This document shows, piece after piece, positions 36,105 through 45,927 of a stretch of DNA of 64,000 nucleotides. The stretch comes from Patescibacteria group bacterium (GTDB taxonomy: Bacteria > Patescibacteriota > Microgenomatia > UBA1400 > Chisholmbacteraceae), in NCBI GenBank assembly GCA_022564195.1, contig JADFLW010000006.1, positions 2,474 through 66,473 on the forward strand. Direction: 5' to 3'. The translations under genes and the position numbers were made by a program. The notes beneath the pieces are model-generated. The model did not search any database, had not been told where the DNA came from, and saw only the letters and a program-made list of their open reading frames with translations. How positions within the stretch are numbered: the stretch's first letter is position 1; each line of letters begins with the position of its first letter.

Positions 36105-37601
36105 ATGTTCTATTCTAAAATGATCTCAATGAGTCCTTTCCCGGCCCGCAAAAAGCTCCTCCTAACCATCGGGTTGATCTTTACCCTCCTTGTATTTGTT
36201 GGGGCAGTCAAAAAAGCCCATGCCCAACCTGCCTGGTTCATCCCCGTACCAGAAGAACATGCCGCTGCCCTCCAAGAGTGCCAAGCAGGCGATGTCGGTC
36301 TTGAATGTACGGTCCAGGCCATCGTCACCAGCATCGCCAATTCGTTCAACTACGGCCTCGGCGGAGATCCAACCGGAGGACCGACGCTCGGGAGACGCCC
36401 TGGGGCTATTCATTTTGCAAGCAACTTGCTTGGTACCCTCGTCGCCAACCCCCCAATCTCATCAGGAGACTACGTCCAGTATGTTGCCCAGCGCCTAAAC
36501 ATCGCCGAACCTGCCTACGCTCAGGCGGGCACAGGATTCAGAGCCCTCCAGCCGCTCATCCCTCTCTGGGCTGCTTTCCGAAACATCGCCTACTTGGCTT
36601 TCGTCGTCATCTTTATCTTGATAGGTTTCATGATCATGTTCAGGGCCCGCCTCGATCCCCAAACCGTGGTCAACGTCCAAAACTCTCTCCCGAAACTGGT
36701 GATCACCCTGCTTTTGATCACCTTCTCGTATGCCATTGCCGGCTTCTTGGTTGACTTGATCTACCTCGGCATCTTCGTCATCGTCTCCGTCCTTGCCTCC
36801 CAAGGCCTAATCGACAGTGCGGCAGCAGCACGCACTACCCTTATCGGAGAAAATCTCTTCACCTTCATCTTCAAAGGGGGAATTTTCCGAGCCGGAGACA
36901 CAGCCGGAGAAGCCATACGACTAATCATTGAAAAGGCAATTGACAACGACGCGTTAGGAGCAGTCGCGGGCTTCCTCGGAGACCCGTTCGTGCAGGTCAT
37001 CATGACCATCGCGCTCTTGTTTTCCGTGTTCAGGCTCTTCTTCCAACTCCTAATCGCCTATGTCCAAATCGTCATCCTCACCATCTTCGCCCCCATCATG
37101 ATCCTCTTCAACGCCCTACCAGGCTCTCAAAGCTTCGGCAACTGGCTGAGAAACTTTTTATCCAATATCCTCCTGTTTCCGGCCGTTGCGGCGCTCATCC
37201 TCGTTGCCGCCATCCTCATGGGCCCCTGCGAGTCAACTGGGCCAGATGATCCCTGCTCCCTCGGCCGCGAGAAATGGGGAATCTCGGATTCGCTCATTGA
37301 GCGTTACCCAGATCAGGGCTGGCTGCCGCCATTCATCGGCTTCACGACGGACACGAAAGCCGTCATCGCCCTCATCGGCTACGGCTTCATCCTCTTCGCT
37401 CCCCAAATGGTCTCTGCCCTGCAAAAGGCGCTCAAGGCCCAGCCGATCCCAGCCGCCGGCGTCTTCGCCCCCCTCGCCGCCGGCGCCAGAGTAGCCACGG
37501 CACCGATTAGAGCACCACTCCAAGCGATAGGCGCCGGAGCAAGAGTATTCGTCGGCCAAAAGATAGAGTCTCTCGCAGGCGAAACAAGAAAAAGAGGGTA
37601 A
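36105..37601 (+). CDS. polytopic membrane protein, candidate VirB6/TrbL-like T4SS component
   Basis: Signal/anchor plus at least 6 TM helices with a large loop. Location inside the T4SS-like locus; no enzymatic motifs. Confidence 0.4.
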   Translation: MFYSKMISMSPFPARKKLLLTIGLIFTLLVFVGAVKKAHAQPAWFIPVPEEHAAALQECQAGDVGLECTVQAIVTSIANSFNYGLGGDPTGGPTLGRRPGAIHFASNLLGTLVANPPISSGDYVQYVAQRLNIAEPAYAQAGTGFRALQPLIPLWAAFRNIAYLAFVVIFILIGFMIMFRARLDPQTVVNVQNSLPKLVITLLLITFSYAIAGFLVDLIYLGIFVIVSVLASQGLIDSAAAARTTLIGENLFTFIFKGGIFRAGDTAGEAIRLIIEKAIDNDALGAVAGFLGDPFVQVIMTIALLFSVFRLFFQLLIAYVQIVILTIFAPIMILFNALPGSQSFGNWLRNFLSNILLFPAVAALILVAAILMGPCESTGPDDPCSLGREKWGISDSLIERYPDQGWLPPFIGFTTDTKAVIALIGYGFILFAPQMVSALQKALKAQPIPAAGVFAPLAAGARVATAPIRAPLQAIGAGARVFVGQKIESLAGETRKRG

Positions 37602-37611
37602 AACAGCTTCT

Positions 37612-40600
37612 CTACTCCTGCTGAAGATATGGACCCAACTCGTCAAGAAACGGTTTCATGATGAGCGTCCAAACCCCGATTGGTAAGGCAATGGGCCCGT
37701 ACTCTACAGCCAGCGAGGCAGCAACATGTCCTGCTCTTGCCCGATGCTTTCTCAGAAGCTTTCCCGCCTTCTCATTTCCAATAATCGGTCGCAGTTGATT
37801 AACGAACTGGAAAATCTCCAGCTTTGTCATACTCAACGCTTTGCCACCGAACTTGAGTTGCGCTTTTGAAGACATCGTCCAAGGTTTCCATATATTAATC
37901 GGCCCACCCCAATCCGCAATAAAACCACCGGGAAACCAATTCGCCCACCACTTAGCTTGATAAAGATTCTTCAATATCGTATCGGCTTTTGCGGCAATCA
38001 ATTTCTCCCTTTCAAATCCTGCCAGATGTTGGGCAGCTCCATAAAGCTCGGTAAACTGCTTGAACAGTTCTCCCTGGGAAGCCACAACCCGATCCTCAGG
38101 AGCAAATAATCCATTATCAATGTGTGTCATGACTCGGTCTGTGTTTTGTGCAAACTCAGCATCTCCGCCGATCCTTCTCGACACACCCCTCGGCCCTATC
38201 TTCCACCATTCAGCCTCCTCGTGTACCAAATCCTCCATGAAAGGCAAAAAGCTAAAATCAACTCCAGCCATTCTCTCCGCCCCTGTCTTAGCCCCGCCTT
38301 TACTCTTAGCTCCAAGGTGCGTCAGCCGCTCAACAACCTTTATCTCTTGATCAGAAAAACTCAATCCCAACTCATCCTCTCTCACTAGCTCAAGGACGCT
38401 CTTCTTGTAGTGCTTCTCACGATCTTCTGGTGATAAACCCTCTTTTTGATACCCATCGCTCTTGACATAATCCCGAAGTGCTTTTTCTTCATACACAGTC
38501 AGCTTCGAATGGAGCTCCTTCCATTGTTCAAAAACTTTTTCTTCCCAACCTTCTTTTTCCGTGTCAACAACGAATTGTTCAGCCAGCATCCAGGTGAAAC
38601 TCGCCTCCGCGCCCACCTGAAGCATGAGTTCCTTTTTCCTCTGCTCCATTCGTTTGTCGATTTCTCTATCCTTATCGCGCTTCTTGTCCTTAACGAACTT
38701 CGATTCTATGTCGGTTTTGACATCCTTCTCAATCACTTCCCAAATCTCTTCATCCTCAATCTTTTCCTTAACTTTCTTCTTGACGTAATCACACAAACCA
38801 TCCACATCTTGAACCACCGCGCCTCCCTCTCTGCCTTTTAACCTACTTCTAAGATCAAAGTAATCGTCTCTGCTTGCGTCTTTCCCTAGGGCTTCGAGTG
38901 AAAGCGTTGGAAAATATCTTGAGATGACTGTCGGCATCCGCTTCCCAACTTTCTCCCAAATATCTGCTTTTAGTGAATCTTCTATCGTGTCTTTATCCCA
39001 CTTCTTAATCCCTAACCTTTTCATGATTTTCATCTTCTCGCTCTTATCCTTACGACCCCTCCTCATCAACCTCTTCGCCTCATCTCCCATGTCATAGAGC
39101 TGCACACCCAATGCCACCCCCCGACTCCGTTGTTTCTCAGTTGCAACAACCGATCTCCAGTGAGACCCACTCAAAGGCCCCCCATACTTGACGTAATTCT
39201 CAACATTAATCCCCCACTCATCAAGTGGATCGCCTGGTATTTTTTCATGCACACCACTTTGAACAAACTGATTGAGTCTATCCAGCCAAGGCTTTCCCCC
39301 TTCTCTTCCTCGTCCCCAAGTCTCAAATCGCTCAGGACCTAAGCGCAAAAGTCGAAGCGGAACCTTATCAAATGGATAGCTCATATAGAGCTCGCCCATC
39401 TTCTGCGGGGCAAGTTGGGTCTGCGCTACATGTTCGGCGCTGCGCAGTAGAACATTGGACATCTTCATCGCCAATGCCGCCACCCGACGCGCCTCTTTTT
39501 CTCTTTCAGCTCCTTCACCTCCCAATTCCAACACTCCCTTGTCAGACATCGCCAGCAAGCCCTCAGCAACAATCTGCTCAATTTCCGGAGGCCTATAACC
39601 CCCATGAGAACTCGGTATAAGAAAGTCAATAGGGATCCGCCCTTTATATTGAGGATCCATACGAACCTGAGCCAAAATCCGCTCAACTATTCCGAGCGCC
39701 GGGGACAGTGTAGGCTCCATGATCGACATGGTATCCAAGTCCTCAGAAAGCAAAAGCTTTCCAGAAACTCCTTTGAGTTCTTCAGGATCTCCGCCCCTGA
39801 TGAGCTCAGAATTCAAAAAACTGAAAACCCGTCGCGTCCATAGCAGGTTTTCGTATCTCCGCTTCTCATCTACTCCCGTCGGGCCTGCATCACGAAGTTT
39901 TTTCATTAATGTCGAAAACAGAATATGTCCCCAACTCTCCATCCGAAAGCCTTCGCGCGGGTCGCTCTCGGCATCTCCGATAATTTCTTCAAACAGGGGT
40001 TTAATGAAATGCGTGCGTAATCTTTCTCGAAAATCCTCCATGCTCTCTTTATCGATCGGCTTGCTCTGTAATTGTTGAATTTCAGAGACCAGCTGATCCC
40101 TCATAGAGCTAGAGGCAAACTGAACCTCTTTCCCTTGGATATTGAAAACAACATTTTCTTCGTCCAGAGTGCTTTGATCCACCAATTGCTGTAACCCTTC
40201 TTCATCAAGAGTCAGCACCTGAAAAACACCCGCCTCTTCAACATCCAATATGTGGTAGTAAATCTCTTTCGTTTCCAATCCGTACATCCTTCCGAGATAA
40301 TCAGCAATCTCCCTCTCATTTTCCGTGATGTGAGAAAGTGAAAATTCTATCCCACGCAACTCTTTATTCCCCTGTTCCCACTCTTCCATAAGCTGCTTAA
40401 CCAGCTTCTCACTACCGGCGTCATCTGCCTCATCGAGGTTATTCGAAATCTGCTGCAGTTTATCTTCTGCCTTCTGCCGCAGGGCTTCAAACCTTTTTAC
40501 TTGTCTGTCCATGCTCTCACGCTCGTCTCCTATATCTCCCGCAGGAGAAGCCCCTGCTAGTCCTTCCAACATCGCTGTCTTTTTAGCCGCTATTTCCTCA

Positions 40601-41172
40601 GGGCTCTTGCCAGCCTCTTCAAGTTTTTTCACCCGCTCATCCACCTCCGCCTCATGCACAGCTCGTTCAAGTCGTGTTTCTTCTTCTTTAGTAAAATCAA
40701 GCCCTGTAAACATCCACTTGAGTATTGCCTCTGGAGTATCATGGCCGGCTTCCTTAGCCGCCTTGATCAACTCCGCAAACTCCCCTTCTTCGTCTTCGAA
40801 GATCTCTTTAATCTGCTTCCAGAGATACTTTAGAAGCGCGAGAAGCAACTCAAGGATAGAGGCTTTTTCCTCCTCATCAACTTTCTTTCCCTGCTCCTTC
40901 TTCTTGAGTAATTCAAGAAGCTTTTTGAGGTTTGTATCTGCTATTTTAAGCTCCCCGGGCTTCAATTGAGCCTGCTCCAGTGCCGCCTGAAACAGTTCCC
41001 CCCGACTTTTTGCTCCCTTATCAACATCCTTTGCATCCTTTTTCGCTTCATAAACCGTCTTTTTCTCCTTCGGTCGCTCTGCCTTTTTTTTCTCAGCCCG
41101 ACGCTCACTGGAAGGTTTTTTTGCCTTCTCTTCTTTCGGTTTTTTGGTTGGTTCTCCCTCGTGTTCATTCAT
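37612..41172 (-). CDS. 1186-aa hypothetical protein, K/E-rich N-terminus, extensive coiled coils, no recognisable catalytic motifs
   Basis: Long uninterrupted ORF on the opposite strand inside the T4SS-like locus. No Walker or relaxase motifs seen. Confidence 0.6.
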   Translation of the reverse strand: MNEHEGEPTKKPKEEKAKKPSSERRAEKKKAERPKEKKTVYEAKKDAKDVDKGAKSRGELFQAALEQAQLKPGELKIADTNLKKLLELLKKKEQGKKVDEEEKASILELLLALLKYLWKQIKEIFEDEEGEFAELIKAAKEAGHDTPEAILKWMFTGLDFTKEEETRLERAVHEAEVDERVKKLEEAGKSPEEIAAKKTAMLEGLAGASPAGDIGDERESMDRQVKRFEALRQKAEDKLQQISNNLDEADDAGSEKLVKQLMEEWEQGNKELRGIEFSLSHITENEREIADYLGRMYGLETKEIYYHILDVEEAGVFQVLTLDEEGLQQLVDQSTLDEENVVFNIQGKEVQFASSSMRDQLVSEIQQLQSKPIDKESMEDFRERLRTHFIKPLFEEIIGDAESDPREGFRMESWGHILFSTLMKKLRDAGPTGVDEKRRYENLLWTRRVFSFLNSELIRGGDPEELKGVSGKLLLSEDLDTMSIMEPTLSPALGIVERILAQVRMDPQYKGRIPIDFLIPSSHGGYRPPEIEQIVAEGLLAMSDKGVLELGGEGAEREKEARRVAALAMKMSNVLLRSAEHVAQTQLAPQKMGELYMSYPFDKVPLRLLRLGPERFETWGRGREGGKPWLDRLNQFVQSGVHEKIPGDPLDEWGINVENYVKYGGPLSGSHWRSVVATEKQRSRGVALGVQLYDMGDEAKRLMRRGRKDKSEKMKIMKRLGIKKWDKDTIEDSLKADIWEKVGKRMPTVISRYFPTLSLEALGKDASRDDYFDLRSRLKGREGGAVVQDVDGLCDYVKKKVKEKIEDEEIWEVIEKDVKTDIESKFVKDKKRDKDREIDKRMEQRKKELMLQVGAEASFTWMLAEQFVVDTEKEGWEEKVFEQWKELHSKLTVYEEKALRDYVKSDGYQKEGLSPEDREKHYKKSVLELVREDELGLSFSDQEIKVVERLTHLGAKSKGGAKTGAERMAGVDFSFLPFMEDLVHEEAEWWKIGPRGVSRRIGGDAEFAQNTDRVMTHIDNGLFAPEDRVVASQGELFKQFTELYGAAQHLAGFEREKLIAAKADTILKNLYQAKWWANWFPGGFIADWGGPINIWKPWTMSSKAQLKFGGKALSMTKLEIFQFVNQLRPIIGNEKAGKLLRKHRARAGHVAASLAVEYGPIALPIGVWTLIMKPFLDELGPYLQQE

Positions 41173-41387
41173 AGTTCTGCGCTATTCCCTAATTCTTAAT
41201 TCATAATTCTTGTTTCCTGCCTCAATCCTACAACAAAACCCTCAACCCCGCACCACAACCTTTGACTTCTACTCGGGCTCAAATTGTACCATAAAATCCT
41301 AAAAGGGTCAACCACTAATATGTACCCCTAAGTTTAAGGCCTAGCGTCTGAGGAAAAATGAAACTCAAACACTTTTCACGCAATGCG

Positions 41388-41690
41388 TCACGCCACAGCC
41401 GCCTTCCGCTTTCGAGGTCGTCCACCACGCTTTCCATACTCTCTGGGGCTTTTGAGGAAAGACTTATACTTCTCAACTGCTCTTCCCGTCGTTAACCACC
41501 GCCACGGATAACCACGACCATCTTTGCGCACCTTCCAACCCTTAACACGTCCGGTGTTCAACAGACGACGAATCCTGTGCGTAGAAAGCCCAACGCGCTT
41601 TGCAACTTCCGAAATTGGAAGAACCCCTCGCTCCTTCTCAGACTTCTTTGCAATCTCCGGTGGTCGTGGTGCATACTCCCCTTCTACCAT
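41388..41690 (-). CDS. excisionase/AlpA-family helix-turn-helix DNA-binding protein
   Basis: LPISEVAKRVGLSTHRIRRLLNTGRVKGWKV...W matches the Xis-type HTH pattern. Basic C-terminal tail. Confidence 0.5.
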   Translation of the reverse strand: MVEGEYAPRPPEIAKKSEKERGVLPISEVAKRVGLSTHRIRRLLNTGRVKGWKVRKDGRGYPWRWLTTGRAVEKYKSFLKSPREYGKRGGRPRKRKAAVA

Positions 41691-41837
41691 ACCCGAAGTA
41701 TACCAAACACTTTCTACCCCACCCTAAACCCTAGACCCCAGACCCTCATGAATGCTATTATGGCCTCAACAATCTGTCGTTGAATCTTGGAGCTTTAATT
41801 TTGAACTTTTCACTCTGAACTTTTAATCGGTGTTCCC

Positions 41838-44678
41838 ATGCCCGACGAGCCGCAAGCACCAGACGTTCCTGAAACACCTCAGCCAGAACAACCCACGCCC
41901 CCCGATGGTGGAGAAGAACTACCTCCCGAAAAGCCCATCGACACCTACGAAGGCCTCCGTGACGACCTCAAAACCCAACTGGAAGGCCAGTATCAGGAAA
42001 AGATGCAGGGGTTTCTCCATCCAGAACCCAACCCGCAGCTTGCTTCTAGCGCCGCCAACATCGTTTCCCAACACGCCATCAGATACCTCCCTGCAGAAGG
42101 GGAGGTCTCTCCAGAACACCTCTCCCAGGCAATCACTGCCGCCCAAACCGATCTTGCCGACAGAAGGCTCTGGTACCAAGCCATTCTCCCAAAAGAGCCC
42201 ATACGAATCGATATCGCCAAATCCATCGCTTCAAGATACACTCCTGAAAAGCTAGTCGGCCGCAGGCTCACAAAGACAAGCAATGCCTTAAGAACCGCGG
42301 CGGATGACTACAGAAACAGGGTTGAACAAACTCGCGTGCAACTTCCGAAGCGCGAGGATTTGCTTCCCGCAATCCAATCAGAGCTCCAGAAATCAGGAAT
42401 CACTGATAAAAAACTCTACACGAAGCAGGCGGTAAAAATAGCCAGTGATCTGGATAAATGGACCTTCAGCTACCAGGCCGCCCCGCCCCAAGAAGTCATT
42501 CAAACCGCCGTTCAAAGACGTGCCGGAAAACACGTTGAGGATACCCAGGGCCTTGCAACGCGGCTGTCGGAAAACACCACGGTCTCCAAGCACTACGAGG
42601 CGGGCGCCCAGCATCACCATCTCGTCGCTCACGGGCTCACCAAGACAATCAACAAAGCCGCCTCCAGTCGTCTCGTCCGAGGAGCAAGGAAGCTTACAAA
42701 GGCAGCCGACATCATCAGACGCCCCCTCACCTACGCCGGAAGGGCAGCCACCTTCCCGGTGCGGTTTGCCGTCCGAAAAGTCACCCGCCCAATCGGAAGA
42801 GTGGTCAAAAGAGGAGTCCGACGAGTAGCCATCGGAGCTGCCCGATTGGCAGCCAAGGTCCTGGTGAAAGTCGGCCTCGGCGGACTGGTCAAAAACATCG
42901 AGCGAGTCGCCCTTGCCAGCACCGGCGTGGGCATTCCCCTCCTCATCGCCCAAGAAGCCGCCTTGTTTGGAATAGGACAACTTTTTAAAGCCAAAAAATC
43001 GCTTCAGGAGAGCTGGCAAAAGGCATATCAGTCGCGCAATGTCGGCGAAGCGCTGATCAACAACATCGGTGCCTCGATCGACACAGTCGGTGCCGGCATA
43101 GGCGGGATCGTTGGTGGCGTTGCCGGAACAGGCGTGGGAGCCATAGGTGGTGCCATCATCGGCTCGCTACTGGGACCGGTCGGCACCATCATCGGAGGAG
43201 TGCTCGGTGGAGTAGCTGGTGGCCTCTTTGGCGCAGGTGTTGGTGCCAACGCCGGAGCAAGACTGCGCAAAAACCTCAAGCGCATGATTGCCATTCGGCT
43301 CTTCCTCAAACTCCTTTGGGCCAAGATAGCAGGGCTCATAAAGGCAGCTGCCTTCACACTTGGTGGTGCGCTTACTGGTGCAGTCATCGGCTTCGCAGTG
43401 GGAGGGCCCGTTGGTGCCCTTGTGGGAGGTATTATTGGTGGAACTGCCGGATATCTGCTGCCCAAAGCAGCCACCAGCGCCAGACAGCTCGTCTACATCG
43501 CCAGGCACTACGCTTTTATCGAAGGCCCAATCGCCCAAGTCTTCAAAGGAATCGGCAATCTCCTTGCAAAAATCCCTTCAGGCATCGCGAGAGCTTTCAA
43601 CGCCGCCACCGGCTGGATCGGAGGAACCACCACCTCTGCAACCGCAACGGCCGAAGCGGTTGCCACCGGAATCACCACCGCTGGCCCCGGAACCGCACTC
43701 GCCCTCACGCCAGTTGCTACCATCGCCACGGTGGGGCTATTTGCCTTCATCACCTACTCGGTTTTGATCACCGCCTTCTTCGTCCCCCCAACCGAAGTCA
43801 CCCCGTTCTTTGAAATTCCATCGCGCTTCATCAAAATCACCAAAACCGCCTGCGCCACCTCAGCGGGTGGGGAGACCTTCTGTGACGTCAATGGCCAGCT
43901 TGTCCTTGAAAATCCCACCGCCGAAGGCCCCTATGACATCGTCTATCAGATCATAGTTGAGGCCGTGGATCAGACCTTAACCAACGTTGCCATTGAAGAT
44001 ACCTATACGGCATTCGGCGAAAACGATCCGACCCCGCCAGCTCCACTATCATGGAACGGCACAATCACCATCGGCTCCGGAGACCCTTGGAGTGAGACCG
44101 TCAATCTCACCATCCCCAGATCCAGCAGCTGGGATGACTCTCTCCTCATCAACACCGTCACGGTCACAGCCTTCCTCACAGGCACGACAGAGCCCATCGT
44201 CAATTCCAATTCGGTAAACATCATCTTTGGAAACCCTCCCTTCTGCCCGCCCAGCGGCGATCCGTTAGCCACCCCCTACGGTTGGATTCGGGGCTTCACT
44301 CCTGGCTTCCACACCGGAGTTGACGTAAAAGGCTCGCCCGCAATCGGCGCCACCATCTCCTCCACCTTCCCCTGCCGAGCCATCGTCCGCCACGCCGGCC
44401 TCGACACCTACGACAGGGGGCAGTTTGGCTTCTACGTTGCGCTCCAATCCGGCCCCTGGTTCGCCTTCTATTCCCACATGAACGCTACGCCCTATGTCAA
44501 CGAAGGTGATATCGTCGGCGGTGGCACTGCGCTCGGCCCCCAAGGGTCGTCGGGAAACTCCTCAGGTCCACACCTACACTACGAAATCCGAGAAGGGACA
44601 AGCGTCAATCCAAAAGTAAACTGGCAGCCGACGTTGGCCAAAGACCCCTGTAATTTCGGCGTCACCGCCTGCCCATGA
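41838..44678 (+). CDS. 946-aa protein with C-terminal M23 (LytM) metallopeptidase domain and central glycine-zipper membrane region
   Basis: M23 motifs HTGVDV ... HAG ... AFYSHMNA ... GSSGNSSGPHLHYEI. Central run of GxxxG repeats (GAGIGGIVGGVAGTGVGAIGGAIIGSLLG...). Proline-rich N-terminus. Confidence 0.75.
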   Translation: MPDEPQAPDVPETPQPEQPTPPDGGEELPPEKPIDTYEGLRDDLKTQLEGQYQEKMQGFLHPEPNPQLASSAANIVSQHAIRYLPAEGEVSPEHLSQAITAAQTDLADRRLWYQAILPKEPIRIDIAKSIASRYTPEKLVGRRLTKTSNALRTAADDYRNRVEQTRVQLPKREDLLPAIQSELQKSGITDKKLYTKQAVKIASDLDKWTFSYQAAPPQEVIQTAVQRRAGKHVEDTQGLATRLSENTTVSKHYEAGAQHHHLVAHGLTKTINKAASSRLVRGARKLTKAADIIRRPLTYAGRAATFPVRFAVRKVTRPIGRVVKRGVRRVAIGAARLAAKVLVKVGLGGLVKNIERVALASTGVGIPLLIAQEAALFGIGQLFKAKKSLQESWQKAYQSRNVGEALINNIGASIDTVGAGIGGIVGGVAGTGVGAIGGAIIGSLLGPVGTIIGGVLGGVAGGLFGAGVGANAGARLRKNLKRMIAIRLFLKLLWAKIAGLIKAAAFTLGGALTGAVIGFAVGGPVGALVGGIIGGTAGYLLPKAATSARQLVYIARHYAFIEGPIAQVFKGIGNLLAKIPSGIARAFNAATGWIGGTTTSATATAEAVATGITTAGPGTALALTPVATIATVGLFAFITYSVLITAFFVPPTEVTPFFEIPSRFIKITKTACATSAGGETFCDVNGQLVLENPTAEGPYDIVYQIIVEAVDQTLTNVAIEDTYTAFGENDPTPPAPLSWNGTITIGSGDPWSETVNLTIPRSSSWDDSLLINTVTVTAFLTGTTEPIVNSNSVNIIFGNPPFCPPSGDPLATPYGWIRGFTPGFHTGVDVKGSPAIGATISSTFPCRAIVRHAGLDTYDRGQFGFYVALQSGPWFAFYSHMNATPYVNEGDIVGGGTALGPQGSSGNSSGPHLHYEIREGTSVNPKVNWQPTLAKDPCNFGVTACP

Positions 44679-44703
44679 TGGAAAAACGCAGTATACTACA
44701 CCA

Positions 44704-45783
44704 ATGATGGATGTGCCCGGCCGACTCACAATCAAAAGGTTTCTCACGGGAAAAACGCTCCTGTTTCTCTTGCTTGCAACCATCATCACCCTCGTTATCG
44801 GAGTACGTTTGGTTAAACGGCAACAGGAGCAACGCCCTGGAATCAAACCTACATTCGGAGAGCTGCTCGCCCCCCTGCCAGCCTATAAATCTCCTCACCC
44901 GAACCCGCAGACGTCCAAGATAGAGCTCCCCCCAGCGCTCAATCTCCCTGAAACGGCCGTGGTCTATCGTCAAGGGATCCGTTCGATAGAAGATCAGCGG
45001 GCGCGCCAAATTGGACAAGCGTTGAGGATGGGCGTCCAGCCCCAAATATTCGGAAACACCATGGTCTTCCAACAAGAAGCGAAGTTTTTAAGCCTCAACC
45101 TCAAAACCGGAGATGTCTCCTACTCCGAACCGCTTCCCGAGTACCTCAAGACCCTCAGTCAACCGGCGCTGGAAGATTATGCGCTTTTATTAATCAAACA
45201 ATTGTTCCCGGACTCGACATTTTGGGAAAATCCGGTGATGCAAACCCAGCACCTCGCCACACGGGAACCAGAGCCCAGCCCCCACGGAGACCTCCAACTT
45301 GTCCCTCCTGAAAGTGCCCAACTCGCCATCGTCGAGGCTTTCCCAACAATCAATGGCACAAGAATCGTCGGACCAAAAGATCCCTTCGGTCAACGCGGAA
45401 TAGTGACCGCAAAATTCCTCAAAAACGACGGCCTCATCTCGCTCAACGGCGCTGTTGTCGCCATAGATATCTCTAACACCGGTACCTACCCCTTGAAATC
45501 CCTCCCTCTCGCACAACAAGAGATCGGCGCCGGAAGAGCCCTGTTTACCACCGCCATTCCAGCAGGGACATCCTACGGACAAGTCGAGCCCGGAGCAGAC
45601 ATTACTCCAACCAGCGCAGAATACACCGAAGCAGAGGTGGTCTACTACTACAACCCTGATCCCAACACATTCCTGCAGCCCATGTACCTGTTTACCGGCA
45701 AAACAACCCTCACCGATGGCCGACCAGCAACCATCATCGCCATCCTTCCCGCCATTGACCCCCAATTCCTGAAACAACCATAA
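44704..45783 (+). CDS. N-terminally anchored hypothetical protein (possible VirB8/VirB10-like bitopic component, speculative)
   Basis: Single N-terminal TM helix and large extracytoplasmic domain. Placement between the M23 protein and the PrgI-like gene. Confidence 0.4.
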   Translation: MMDVPGRLTIKRFLTGKTLLFLLLATIITLVIGVRLVKRQQEQRPGIKPTFGELLAPLPAYKSPHPNPQTSKIELPPALNLPETAVVYRQGIRSIEDQRARQIGQALRMGVQPQIFGNTMVFQQEAKFLSLNLKTGDVSYSEPLPEYLKTLSQPALEDYALLLIKQLFPDSTFWENPVMQTQHLATREPEPSPHGDLQLVPPESAQLAIVEAFPTINGTRIVGPKDPFGQRGIVTAKFLKNDGLISLNGAVVAIDISNTGTYPLKSLPLAQQEIGAGRALFTTAIPAGTSYGQVEPGADITPTSAEYTEAEVVYYYNPDPNTFLQPMYLFTGKTTLTDGRPATIIAILPAIDPQFLKQP

Positions 45784-45927
45784 AAAGCAGTACCTAGCCC
45801 TAGCCCTGTCCTCTGCTCCCCTGTTATAATGACCGCGATAGCAATTTGTCCCTTTTGAAACTCGCGAAGCACGAGGAAACAAGAATTCTTACTAAACCCT
45901 ATACCCTAAACGCTAAACGCTAATTTA

